Below, piece by piece: positions 29,871 through 39,165 of a DNA stretch of 64,000 nucleotides; the stretch's first letter is position 1; every line of letters starts with the position of its first letter. The DNA comes from Spirochaetota bacterium (GTDB lineage: Bacteria > Spirochaetota > UBA4802 > UBA5550): positions 3,088,590-3,152,589 of the forward strand of contig OY760686.1 of assembly GCA_963663865.1 (NCBI GenBank), read 5' to 3'. The notes beneath the pieces were generated by a model that was not told the DNA's origin, did no database searches, and saw nothing but the letters and a program-made list of their open reading frames with translations. A program made the translations under genes and the position numbers.

Positions 29871-30292
29871 CAAAATTCATCATAGACACCTCGGTATGGT
29901 CTGAAGCGCTCCGCCGAAAAAAGAATACTGTAAATTCTTCTGAAACTGTTGTCAGAAAGATTATAGAAAATGATGATGAGATTGTTATTTTAGGTATAAT
30001 TCTTCAGGAAATTCTAACCGGCATCTCAAATGAAAAATTATATAGAGAGATAAAAAACATTTTGGATGATTTTGTGTACTTAGATATTACAAAAAGTGAC
30101 TACATTTACGCCTCTGAGTTAAGCAATAAATGCAGATCAAAAGGTATTATTGCTGGATCAATTGATTTTTTAATTGCAAGCGCTGCAATCAGAAACGAAA
30201 TACAACTGGTAACTTTCGACAAAGACTTTTTCAACATAGGTAAACATTCCGATTTAAAAATTGTAGACTTAGATCGTTTTCTTGAAAATTAA
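29867..30292 (+). CDS. vapC: PIN-domain toxin VapC
   Basis: FIIDTSVW...D...TFDKDF acidic PIN signature, 141 aa. Confidence 0.85.
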   Translation: MTKFIIDTSVWSEALRRKKNTVNSSETVVRKIIENDDEIVILGIILQEILTGISNEKLYREIKNILDDFVYLDITKSDYIYASELSNKCRSKGIIAGSIDFLIASAAIRNEIQLVTFDKDFFNIGKHSDLKIVDLDRFLEN

Positions 30293-30666
30293 GGTAATTT
30301 ACAAGGCTTACCCGCGTCGTTCGGAGAACATCGCCTGGGACTTCGTCGATGTTGCGGCACCAGGCCGCCGCAACTTAAAAGAGCGCTATTGTCACAACCT
30401 CAGAAGGAGTATTTAACAAAACTTCAATACAATCAGGCGATGACAATACCGCTTCACGGATAACATCCCCCCGCCGCAAACGAAGAACAGTATATTTTGG
30501 AGACAGAGTACAATTATAACCCAAAGCTATTTACACAAAAGATCTGATACTCTCAAGTATTTCTTGACATGGGCGATTCTACATATAAATAAAATCTTAT
30601 AAATCAATTGTAATTTTCAACTTTCGTTCTGCGGGTCGACATTAAAAACAAACATTGGAGTTTTTT

Positions 30667-30930
30667 ATGAAAATACTTAATTTTATTTCTTTAACATTAT
30701 TACTTTTTTCATTATCTCATTGTGATATTAATGACGATGCAAACGATGTATGTTTTTCTCCAACACAAAATATTGATATTGCATATAAAGAGGGTTCAAT
30801 TGGATGTTCGTGTGATAAAAATGTTGATGAGGACATTTGTGTCGATGGAGCAGCATTAATGTGTAAAGTGGATAGATGGGTTGCAGTTGAAGATGGACCT
30901 TGCATGCCCTTACCTCCACAGCTTGAATAA
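30667..30930 (+). CDS. small secreted cysteine-rich protein
   Basis: GGAG RBS before ATG at 30667; signal peptide MKILNFISLTLLLFSLSHC; 8 Cys in mature part. Confidence 0.4.
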   Translation: MKILNFISLTLLLFSLSHCDINDDANDVCFSPTQNIDIAYKEGSIGCSCDKNVDEDICVDGAALMCKVDRWVAVEDGPCMPLPPQLE

Positions 30931-31222
30931 CAATATCATAAAACTTTTTATAATAGCTTTAATATAATTGCCTCAGTCCGTATTATCGAGGAGCCCCAAC
31001 CGCTTAACTGGAAGTGCCCCTCCGCCGACGAAGAACAGCTCTTCCGAGCAAAAGGACATTACCACCTCCCCGCCCATACAATTTCTTGAAACTTTTAAAA
31101 ATCTTTATATACATATTAAGTAATTTAAGATATAATAAACCTTAAATACCAAATCAGTCATATCTGCTTCTGTACAAAAAGCAAACAGCTGATTTTTAAC
31201 AAAAACCAATATGGAGGAAACT

Positions 31223-31582
31223 ATGCCTGAATTTGCCAATCCTTTCAGTGTAAAAAAAAGCGACAGAAAGCTGACTGACCAGGAACTGGTGAGGTCAATC
31301 AGACTCATGATAGCAGCAGAATACGAGGCCATTCAGCTCTATCAGCAGCTTGCCGAATCTACGGACAACAAGCTCGCTCAGCAGGTACTCATTGACATCG
31401 CCGACGAAGAGAAGGTGCACGCTGGAGAGTTCCTGCGTCTGCTTAAAGAATTAGACCCTCAGGAAGAGGAATTCTATAGGGAAGGCGCGCAGGAAGTCGA
31501 AGAGGAATTCCTCTCCGGCGGTGGACAATCCGGACAGAGCGGAACAGAGGACCTGGGAATAGGAAGCCTTAAAAACACATGA
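31223..31582 (+). CDS. ferritin-like protein (Flp), encapsulin cargo with C-terminal targeting peptide
   Basis: Rubrerythrin/ferritin-like ExxH motifs (EYEAIQLY, EEKVHAGEF); Gly-rich linker GGGQSGQSG; C-terminal DLGIGSLK matches the family-1 encapsulin cargo-loading peptide. Confidence 0.75.
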   Translation: MPEFANPFSVKKSDRKLTDQELVRSIRLMIAAEYEAIQLYQQLAESTDNKLAQQVLIDIADEEKVHAGEFLRLLKELDPQEEEFYREGAQEVEEEFLSGGGQSGQSGTEDLGIGSLKNT

Positions 31583-31598
31583 CATTGAGGAGGAAAAG

Positions 31599-32402
31599 AT
31601 GAATCTGCTAAGACAAAGCTTTGCCCCCATCAGTGAAAGCGGATGGGATGAAATAAACGGTCTCGCAAAAGAGACGCTGACTGCCAACCTTTCAGCGAGA
31701 AGATTCTGCGATGTTGAAGGCCCGTTTGGAATCAACTATACCGGCGTCAACCTCGGAAGGCTTGAAGTCCCTCAGGGCCAGAAGAAGGACGCTGTCCAGT
31801 ATGGAATCAACAGGGTGCTTCCTCTTGTAGAAGCCAGGGTGAGCTTCTCAGTAAATATCTGGGAACTCGACAATGTGGAACGCGGAGCGAAGGACATTGA
31901 ACTTGATGCCGTAGTTGAAGCGGCAAAGAAGATGGCCGCCTTTGAGGAAAGCGCCGTATACAACGGCCTTCCTGAAGCCGGCATTGAAGGACTTAACGGC
32001 TCAGCTGACGCTTCAAGGACAGTTGAGATGTCCCTCGAGAAGGACAGCGTCATTGACTCCATCAGCGAAGGACTCAGAATTATGCGAAGCAGCGGAATTG
32101 ACTCCGAGGCTAACCTTATTGTTAACCCGGAACTGTGGAAGTTTCAGGCGCGGATGTTCCCAGGCGGGAACCTCGGTGCTTCAATTAAAAAGCAAATTGG
32201 CGGTTCGATAATCTATTCCGATACTGTTAAGGGCGCGCTGCTTGTTTCAAACCGCGATGGCGACTTTGAACTCACAATCGGACAGGACTTTTCAGTAGGC
32301 TACCACAGCCACGATTCAGAGAAGGTCAACCTCTTCCTGAGCGAATCCTTCACTTTCAGAATAATAACGCCCGAAGCGCTTGTGGCATTTAAAATCAAGT
32401 AA
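31599..32402 (+). CDS. family 1 encapsulin shell protein (HK97 fold, linocin/CFP29-like)
   Basis: Strong similarity, aligned from memory, to Thermotoga maritima encapsulin (RSFAPLTE..W.EID, VDVEGP, LDNLERG, VSERGGDF.L..GQD..IGY, PEAL); 16 bp after cargo gene. Confidence 0.85.
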   Translation: MNLLRQSFAPISESGWDEINGLAKETLTANLSARRFCDVEGPFGINYTGVNLGRLEVPQGQKKDAVQYGINRVLPLVEARVSFSVNIWELDNVERGAKDIELDAVVEAAKKMAAFEESAVYNGLPEAGIEGLNGSADASRTVEMSLEKDSVIDSISEGLRIMRSSGIDSEANLIVNPELWKFQARMFPGGNLGASIKKQIGGSIIYSDTVKGALLVSNRDGDFELTIGQDFSVGYHSHDSEKVNLFLSESFTFRIITPEALVAFKIK

Positions 32403-32430
32403 GACTCGCCAAAGACTAAATATAAGAAAA

Positions 32431-32462
32431 AGCCCACGGTCTGAAAACCGCGGGCTTTTTTA
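32431..32462 (+). terminator. rho-independent terminator after encapsulin operon
   Basis: AGCCCACGG/CCGCGGGCT stem (8/9 bp), 8-nt loop, followed by TTTTTTT. Confidence 0.6.
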
Positions 32463-32505
32463 ATCGGATGTAAGCCGTCAGGCCGTAACCCCGGCATCCG
32501 TGTAA

Positions 32506-32823
32506 TTACTCTTTGTCCATGTGAGGGCACTTCTTATGTCCCTTTCCGTCACGGGCAGGCATTTTGTCTCCCATTCTCTCATTCCAGCAGAAAAGGGCTT
32601 CGCTCTTTTCGCCGCGCCCCTCATGCTTCTTGCAGACTCCCTCTACGGTCTCTCCGTCTCTGTCCTTAAAAGAGCAGGCATCTCCCGCTTTTTTTGACTC
32701 GCACGCCACAAAGGGATTGCCGTCAGAGCTCATTCCCTTCCCTTTCTTCGCTTCAGCGGGTGACCCGGTCAAATAGACAGCGGCAGCCGAAAACACGAAA
32801 GCCAGTACCAACAGCTTTTTCAT
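32506..32823 (-). CDS. small secreted Cys/Lys/His-rich protein (possible metal-binding)
   Basis: AAGGAG RBS, signal peptide MKKLLVLAFVFSAAAVYL, mature part rich in C, H, K, D/E. Confidence 0.45.
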   Translation of the reverse strand: MKKLLVLAFVFSAAAVYLTGSPAEAKKGKGMSSDGNPFVACESKKAGDACSFKDRDGETVEGVCKKHEGRGEKSEALFCWNERMGDKMPARDGKGHKKCPHMDKE

Positions 32824-33023
32824 AAAGCACACTCCTTGTTTTTATCCCAAACAGCCGTACAGCTGAATTCGGTCCGGCATATGACCTCGCGAACAGAAAA
32901 AGGTTCCATTTTTTGCTCTGTTTAAAGTATAAAACATTCAGCTGTATTTTTCCATTTTTTTAGGCATGATGGAGCCGCGGCTGCGACAATGTTTAACCGT
33001 GAACACAAAGAAAAGGGCCGGGA

Positions 33024-34199
33024 TTACCCTTTAACAGACATTCCGTCATAGAGGTACTTTTTCGTGGAAAAATACTCTTCTCCCTTGCCCGGGGCGACAT
33101 AGCATGCGCCTCCGATATTCGACCTTTCGGGAATGCGGCTGTCCCTCCCGACAAGGGTAATCCCTGAGAAAAGCGCTTTGGGATAATCGCTGTTTTTCAG
33201 AGAAACCACATCTGACCCTATATTCGCGTAGCTCCCGACATTGAAGTAGTCTTCCACATCCCCGTTTTCGTCGGGAACAGGAAAATTAGTCTTCTCATCA
33301 ACAATGGCCCTTGTAATTCTGGCTCCGGGGGCTATACGGGCAAAAGGCAATACTATTGAATCCTTTATAACGGACCTGGCGCCTATTTCAGCTCCCGGAT
33401 AGATGATTGAATTCTCAATCCGTCCGTCAATATGGCAGTTATCGGTTATGAAAGAGCTCGCTATCTCTGCATTCTCGCCAATAAAAGAGAAACCCTCTCT
33501 GTGAATCTTGCCTTCAAGCAGGTTCTGTTCAAACAGAAGCGAGGCAATCTCTCTGTTGTATATCACTTCACGGCTTGCTTCGTAGTACTCGGGAATATTT
33601 CTAAGTGGCCAGTACAGCGCGTCAAACTTTTCCTTCTTTATACCGCTATTAATAATAACATTGATAACCATCTCAAATATGTTTGGAGAATGGAGCTTAT
33701 CGTCTATGGCTTTTTTGATAACTTTCAATAAGGTCTTCTGTTTTGTCACAAGCATCTTGTAGGCCATTGACGCCTTTCCGTCAACGTTCAGAAGAAAGAG
33801 CGCAGAGTCGGCCTTTTTCTTCTTGAAACGTTCAATGATTCTTGAGAAGTCGATAACCGAAGGGCTGTCGCCATTGTAGATTATATAATATGGCGTATTG
33901 GTATCCATTATAAGGCGGTAGCAGAAATTAATGTCGGAAAACTTCTGGGCAACAACCCTGATTGAGGGAAAGCGTCCGCCCCCCGCGGTATACCTTTTGG
34001 TGTAGTCTGACAGTCCGTCCACAACATTACTGTAGATAATTGTACTCTGAGCATGGGACGCCGCCGAATTTCTGACGGTAAAATCTACAACCCGAAACCT
34101 TCCGCCAAACGGAATCATATAGCGGGACCTGCCCTCGGTCAGGGAGAGAAGAGAATCGTCCCGGGCCCCCGGGTAGGAAATAATGGTAAAGTAATCCAT
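33024..34199 (-). CDS. GlgC/GlgD-family nucleotidyltransferase-like protein with C-terminal left-handed beta-helix (GlgD-like, probably non-catalytic)
   Basis: MIPFGGRFRVVDFTVRNS matches ADP-glucose pyrophosphorylase core but Gly-rich GGxGxRL loop is absent; hexapeptide repeats at C-terminus. Confidence 0.5.
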   Translation of the reverse strand: MDYFTIISYPGARDDSLLSLTEGRSRYMIPFGGRFRVVDFTVRNSAASHAQSTIIYSNVVDGLSDYTKRYTAGGGRFPSIRVVAQKFSDINFCYRLIMDTNTPYYIIYNGDSPSVIDFSRIIERFKKKKADSALFLLNVDGKASMAYKMLVTKQKTLLKVIKKAIDDKLHSPNIFEMVINVIINSGIKKEKFDALYWPLRNIPEYYEASREVIYNREIASLLFEQNLLEGKIHREGFSFIGENAEIASSFITDNCHIDGRIENSIIYPGAEIGARSVIKDSIVLPFARIAPGARITRAIVDEKTNFPVPDENGDVEDYFNVGSYANIGSDVVSLKNSDYPKALFSGITLVGRDSRIPERSNIGGACYVAPGKGEEYFSTKKYLYDGMSVKG

Positions 34200-34306
34200 G
34201 AACCAGTCCTGTCAGCAAGAAATTTGCCCCCCATTGGTACAGCGGGCAGACCTGTACGAATTAAAATTATTCTTGCAGTAAAAATGCAATTAAAAAACAA
34301 TACAGC

Positions 34307-35833
34307 ATGAACAATAGAGTATTAACCATCATGCCCGCCTCTATCAGGGTGGAATTCGCGAAAGGTTCAATCCTTTCAGAAGTGATGAATGACGCCGGTT
34401 TTCCGGTCAACACGCCGTGCGGCGGGCGTGGAACCTGCGGAAAATGCGGAGTTCTTCTGAGCGGAACATTCGCGGACGTCTCCAGCCCGAACAATATTAT
34501 GACAACTACTGATGCCGAAACGCGGCTCTCCTGCAGAACCATTCTGCTGGGAGACTCCACGGTAACCGTAAAGACACCGTCAGCGCTTACGACAGGCCCG
34601 TCAAGCCGCACCGCAATTTCACACGCAGGCATTGCCGCAGATATAGGCACAACCGGCATACAGATTTCTTTTGTTGACCTCGATACCGGACAAATCCTTC
34701 AAACCCATTCATTTCTCAATCCCCAGCGCCGCTATGGGCACGATGTCATATCAAGGGCAGCGGCTTCACAAGATCCCGAGGTATCATCAAGGCTGTCCAC
34801 ACTGCTTCTTGATTCGTTAAAAAACACTCTTAACATGTTCGAACGCGGAAATTTTTTTTCAGGGGAGGATATAGCCGCAGCCGTGTTTTCAGGCAACACG
34901 TCCATGACAGCTTCGCTTGCAGGAATCAGCTTTTCAGGTATTGGGACATATCCCTACCACGCTCCGGCGCTTGACTTCCAGCTGCTGTCAAAGAGCTCAG
35001 CAGGGCTGCCGGAATCCTGCGAAGTCAGCTTACACCCCGCAGCTTCCGCGTTCATTGGCGGCGACATAACAGGCGGCATCGCATATCTCGAGAAGATTGG
35101 GCTGCCGGACAAATCATTCTTCTTCGACATCGGCACCAATGGAGAGATGGTGCTCTTCAGCAGCGGTGAATTCTACGCTGCCTCATGCGCCATGGGGCCC
35201 GCCCTCGAGGGAATGAACATATCATCGGGAATGACAGCCTCCGATGGAGCAATAACCAGAGTCACCCTCGCCGACGGCAAACTCAACTTCAGCGTAATCG
35301 GCGGCGGGGCGGCCTCGGGCATCGCAGGGAGCGGAATAATAGACCTTATGGCCATACTGCTGCAAGCCGGCATCATCAGCCGGGACGGGGCCTTTGCCCG
35401 ACAGGCACCGGCCGGGGCCGAAGAGATGTTCAGCAGGCTTAACGCGGGGAAATTCACTCTGACAGAGAATACAGGGCTTACACAGAAAGACATCCGCGCT
35501 GTTCAGCTTGCTAAAGGCGCAAGCCTTGCTTCGGCGGAAATGCTCCTTGCTGAATGCGGTATCTCCGCCGAAGAAATCAGTTCTGTATTCGTTGCCGGGG
35601 CATTCGGGGAGAACATCGACATGGAAAGCTTCCGGACCCTCAAGCTGCTGCCGGATTTCAGAAATGCAGAATACATTACCGCAGGAAACACCAGCCTAAA
35701 ATCCGCGGTGGAGTCACTGAAAGACAGAGCATTCCGGCACAGGGTTAAAGACATAGCTTCGCGCATGACGGTGATCGAGCTTTCTGCAAAGGCAGAATTC
35801 AACGACCTTTTCCTCAAATCTCTGAGCTTCTGA
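34307..35833 (+). CDS. 2Fe-2S ferredoxin + ASKHA ATPase fusion (RACo-like / DUF4445 family)
   Basis: N-terminal plant-type ferredoxin CGGRGTCGKCGV; C-terminal actin-like ATPase with Gly-rich phosphate loops (DIGTTGIQ, DIGTNGEM). Confidence 0.6.
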   Translation: MNNRVLTIMPASIRVEFAKGSILSEVMNDAGFPVNTPCGGRGTCGKCGVLLSGTFADVSSPNNIMTTTDAETRLSCRTILLGDSTVTVKTPSALTTGPSSRTAISHAGIAADIGTTGIQISFVDLDTGQILQTHSFLNPQRRYGHDVISRAAASQDPEVSSRLSTLLLDSLKNTLNMFERGNFFSGEDIAAAVFSGNTSMTASLAGISFSGIGTYPYHAPALDFQLLSKSSAGLPESCEVSLHPAASAFIGGDITGGIAYLEKIGLPDKSFFFDIGTNGEMVLFSSGEFYAASCAMGPALEGMNISSGMTASDGAITRVTLADGKLNFSVIGGGAASGIAGSGIIDLMAILLQAGIISRDGAFARQAPAGAEEMFSRLNAGKFTLTENTGLTQKDIRAVQLAKGASLASAEMLLAECGISAEEISSVFVAGAFGENIDMESFRTLKLLPDFRNAEYITAGNTSLKSAVESLKDRAFRHRVKDIASRMTVIELSAKAEFNDLFLKSLSF

Positions 35834-36061
35834 CGCAGTTCCCCCTCAAAACACAGCAGAATGAAACACGGCCCTTCACTTCCTTTGATTTGCCTGAGCC
35901 AATGGCACTAATTATTTACCAGATAATTAATATTTAATTGACATTAACAATATATGAGTGCATTGTTTCAGGCCGCAAACCTGTTAAACAGTTTCACGAT
36001 TCATTGATGACAGCCGCTCAGCCGGACTAAAGACTCTGCTCTTCTCAACTGGAGTATAACG

Positions 36062-38200
36062 ATGAAGCCTCTCGAAAAATTAACGCAGGTTGTAACCCCC
36101 CTCCCAAGAGGAGGGTTCCTTGTAGACACCCCGCGTGGATATATTCAGTTTGGGATTCCGCCAGAAACCATTAAAGACACAATGATGCTGCCGCAGGGAA
36201 CCCCGGGTGTTTTTGTCCTTCCTGTACACTTCTTCAACTGGATGAAGGGAATAAGCGTAGCTGAGCTTGAATTTCCGATATATTACAACTTTTTCATCCG
36301 AAAGAAAAAAACAGTGATAATCTGCCTGAAAAAAGAGACAGACAGGCTTATAAGCGTCCTGTCAGAGGCCCTCTTCGGACCCGACGAACCCGAGCTCAAA
36401 GATGATTACATTCCAGATTACACAGAAGTCCCTGACATAAAGCCGGAGATGGATTATTTCCGCACAATGGAGCTGAATGACGTGGTCGAATTTCGTCATT
36501 TCACCGACGGAAAATGCGATATTGACAATGTGAGTATCAGTATCGACAGCGCGGACAACTTCACTGTATCTATTGACGGTAATGTTATAGCCTTTGTGCC
36601 AGGAATTATCGAGTACAAACCAAGATATCTCATTGGAGAAAGGCTTGCCGAGCCATTCAAGCCGCCCCTGTTCGCGGTAACCTGTCTCGGTTCCAGCTCC
36701 GGATTCGATCCGTCGGCAAACACTTCCGGTTTTATTATATGGCTGAATCACCGTGGAATAATGATCGATCCTCCTGTTAATTCAACTGAATGGCTTCTTG
36801 ATTCTAACGTCAGCCCGAAACACATTGATTCAATTATTCTCACACACTGCCACGCCGATCACGACGCCGGCACATTCCAGAAGATACTTCAGGAAGAAAA
36901 GGTGACGGTGTATACGACAAAGACAATATTGAACAGCTTTCTCAGAAAGTACTCGGCGCTGACAGGAGTGGACAGTTCATTCCTCCTTAGACTTTTTACA
37001 TTCGTCCCTCTTGAACTGGGTAAGCCTTTTTTCATCAATGACGGATGTTTCGACTTTTTTTACACGCTTCACTCAATCCCGACCATCGGTTTCCGGCTGT
37101 CGTTTCAAAAAGACTCGCTCACCTACTCCTCCGATCACAATGCCGACCCCGAGCTTCACAAAAAGCTCCTCGATGAAGGCCGCATTTCGCGCAAGCGCTA
37201 TGACGAGCTTCAGGCTTTCCCCTGGGATTCAACTATCGTCTATCACGAATCAGGGGTTGCCCCCCTTCATACGCCTGTTGAGTACCTCAGTTCGCTCTCC
37301 GATGAAAAGAAAAAGAAAATCACTGTTTACCATATACCCGAGTCTTCTATTCCTGAAAAAGCAAAGTTGACTCCCGCCCGATTCGGAATTGAAAACACCT
37401 ACTATTTTAAAACAGAGACCTCTGACTTTGACGGAGCGTACCAGCTGCTGAACATTCTCAGGCATATTGACTTTGCCGAAGACATGCCTATCAGCAAGGC
37501 GCAGGACTTCCTTAATCTCGGGTTTACTGAGAATTTCAGCAAAGGGGCAAAGATCATTGAGAGCGGCACCGTAGGATCACGCTTTTTTATCATCCATTCG
37601 GGCAATGTCCTTATAAAAAGCAAAGACGGCAAATACACAAAGGTGTTGGGACCCTATGACTATTTTGGCGAAACTGCCCTTCTCATCAACGAGGAGAGAA
37701 CAGCTGACGTAACAGCGCTAACCGAGGTGGCCACCTATTCCATCAGAAAAGATAAATTTCTGTCCTTCATCAAAGGCACTGACTTTGAAAAGACATTGAG
37801 AAACCTTGCCAGAATACGAGACCTTGAAGCCTGGGAGACATTATCCTCAAGCCGCGCAATAACCTACTGCACCCCCACGCAGAGGAACCACCTTGAATCC
37901 ATTCTTGAACCGGCAGCCTTTCAGGCAGGACACTGCCTTATTGCAGAGGGTACTCTTATTGATTCAATCTACATTATCAGAGAGGGCCGAATAGCCATGC
38001 TCGAACAGGGAACACTTTCGCTGATGCTGCGCAAAGGCGACCTTGCTGGCTCCACGGCGGATTTCTACGAGCGCCGTCCGTCAAATGCAAGCTTCTACTG
38101 TGAAGACGATGTCAAACTCTACAGGATTCAGAGCGAGCACCTGTTTCCGTTTCTTGAAAAAAATCCGGGCCTCTATATGAAATTCAGATATTACTCTTAA
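36062..38200 (+). CDS. multidomain protein: N-terminal unknown domain + metallo-beta-lactamase-fold hydrolase + two cyclic-nucleotide-binding domains
   Basis: MBL motif ILTHCHADHDAG; two cNMP-binding-like modules (FGETALL...RTADV and RKGDLAGSTADFY). Confidence 0.65.
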   Translation: MKPLEKLTQVVTPLPRGGFLVDTPRGYIQFGIPPETIKDTMMLPQGTPGVFVLPVHFFNWMKGISVAELEFPIYYNFFIRKKKTVIICLKKETDRLISVLSEALFGPDEPELKDDYIPDYTEVPDIKPEMDYFRTMELNDVVEFRHFTDGKCDIDNVSISIDSADNFTVSIDGNVIAFVPGIIEYKPRYLIGERLAEPFKPPLFAVTCLGSSSGFDPSANTSGFIIWLNHRGIMIDPPVNSTEWLLDSNVSPKHIDSIILTHCHADHDAGTFQKILQEEKVTVYTTKTILNSFLRKYSALTGVDSSFLLRLFTFVPLELGKPFFINDGCFDFFYTLHSIPTIGFRLSFQKDSLTYSSDHNADPELHKKLLDEGRISRKRYDELQAFPWDSTIVYHESGVAPLHTPVEYLSSLSDEKKKKITVYHIPESSIPEKAKLTPARFGIENTYYFKTETSDFDGAYQLLNILRHIDFAEDMPISKAQDFLNLGFTENFSKGAKIIESGTVGSRFFIIHSGNVLIKSKDGKYTKVLGPYDYFGETALLINEERTADVTALTEVATYSIRKDKFLSFIKGTDFEKTLRNLARIRDLEAWETLSSSRAITYCTPTQRNHLESILEPAAFQAGHCLIAEGTLIDSIYIIREGRIAMLEQGTLSLMLRKGDLAGSTADFYERRPSNASFYCEDDVKLYRIQSEHLFPFLEKNPGLYMKFRYYS

Positions 38201-38212
38201 TCGGGGACCTTT

Positions 38213-39130
38213 TCAGGAAAGCAGACCATCCTCTACTACAACGAGGACGCCCCGTTCCATCAAACGCCGTACCGGCCCGTAGTCGGTCACTGGATTTCCT
38301 ATTATGCTGACGTACTCCAGAAACGGCATGTTTTCCAGAACAGAAATATCTTCTATCATATTAAAACTGATATCAAGCTCCTTGAGATTCTTTAACCCGC
38401 CGAGCGGATCAATATTTTCAATCCTGTTATCTGAAATATACAGAGACTCGAGTTCAATCAATTCCGCGATTGGACCTGTTCGTATGATCCCGTTGCCGGA
38501 TAAATTCAGGGCCGAAATATACGGGCACTTTTCCAAACCCTCCAGAGAGTTTATTCCATAATCAGACAGGTCGATTTCGCCGTCAAGGTTCAGCAAGTCC
38601 GCATCAGAGAGATCAATATCCAATCCGCCTACAAAGTACCTGTGCAGGGCCTCAAAAAAGCTGATTCCGTCATCTTCTTCATCCTCTTCAAAATACAAAT
38701 CGTCATCTTTAATATCTGAAGCTGCCTGCTCTGCATAGCCGAAGTCAGAGGCGGAATAGCTGAACGATTCCTCAAAAACTACCGGCTCGGCCTGGCTTTC
38801 ACCTGGCGAACCGGAAGGCAGATATAACGCTGCAAGCCTCGCCAGACCCTCCGAATCCGATTTTTCCATCAGCTCATCAGCTTTTTTATGAATAAATACA
38901 TATCTGTCAGGATGGAAACGCCTTACAGCGAGGCTGAAGAGCTTTTGAGCGCTGATATCATGACTGCTTTCATCCCCGGGAAGATAATATCGAAGCCTTC
39001 TAAAATCTTTTCGCTTGTAAGAAGCAATAATATCTATCGTGGTTTTCTTAAGGTATTCCGGTGTTACTCTGTTTTTAAGCTCTTTATAATAAAAATCGCC
39101 TGATTCTGAGAATTCAGCCATTAAGGACAT
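38213..39130 (-). CDS. cytoplasmic leucine-rich-repeat protein with degenerate N-terminal J-domain
   Basis: LRR units LxxLxLSxNxI x5-6 at C-terminus; AQKLFSLAVRRFHPDR resembles J-domain helix II + HPD; acidic linker; no signal peptide. Confidence 0.55.
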   Translation of the reverse strand: MSLMAEFSESGDFYYKELKNRVTPEYLKKTTIDIIASYKRKDFRRLRYYLPGDESSHDISAQKLFSLAVRRFHPDRYVFIHKKADELMEKSDSEGLARLAALYLPSGSPGESQAEPVVFEESFSYSASDFGYAEQAASDIKDDDLYFEEDEEDDGISFFEALHRYFVGGLDIDLSDADLLNLDGEIDLSDYGINSLEGLEKCPYISALNLSGNGIIRTGPIAELIELESLYISDNRIENIDPLGGLKNLKELDISFNMIEDISVLENMPFLEYVSIIGNPVTDYGPVRRLMERGVLVVVEDGLLS

Positions 39131-39165
39131 CCTCCATAAAAAAAACAGTAAAACCGGGAAGCCGG

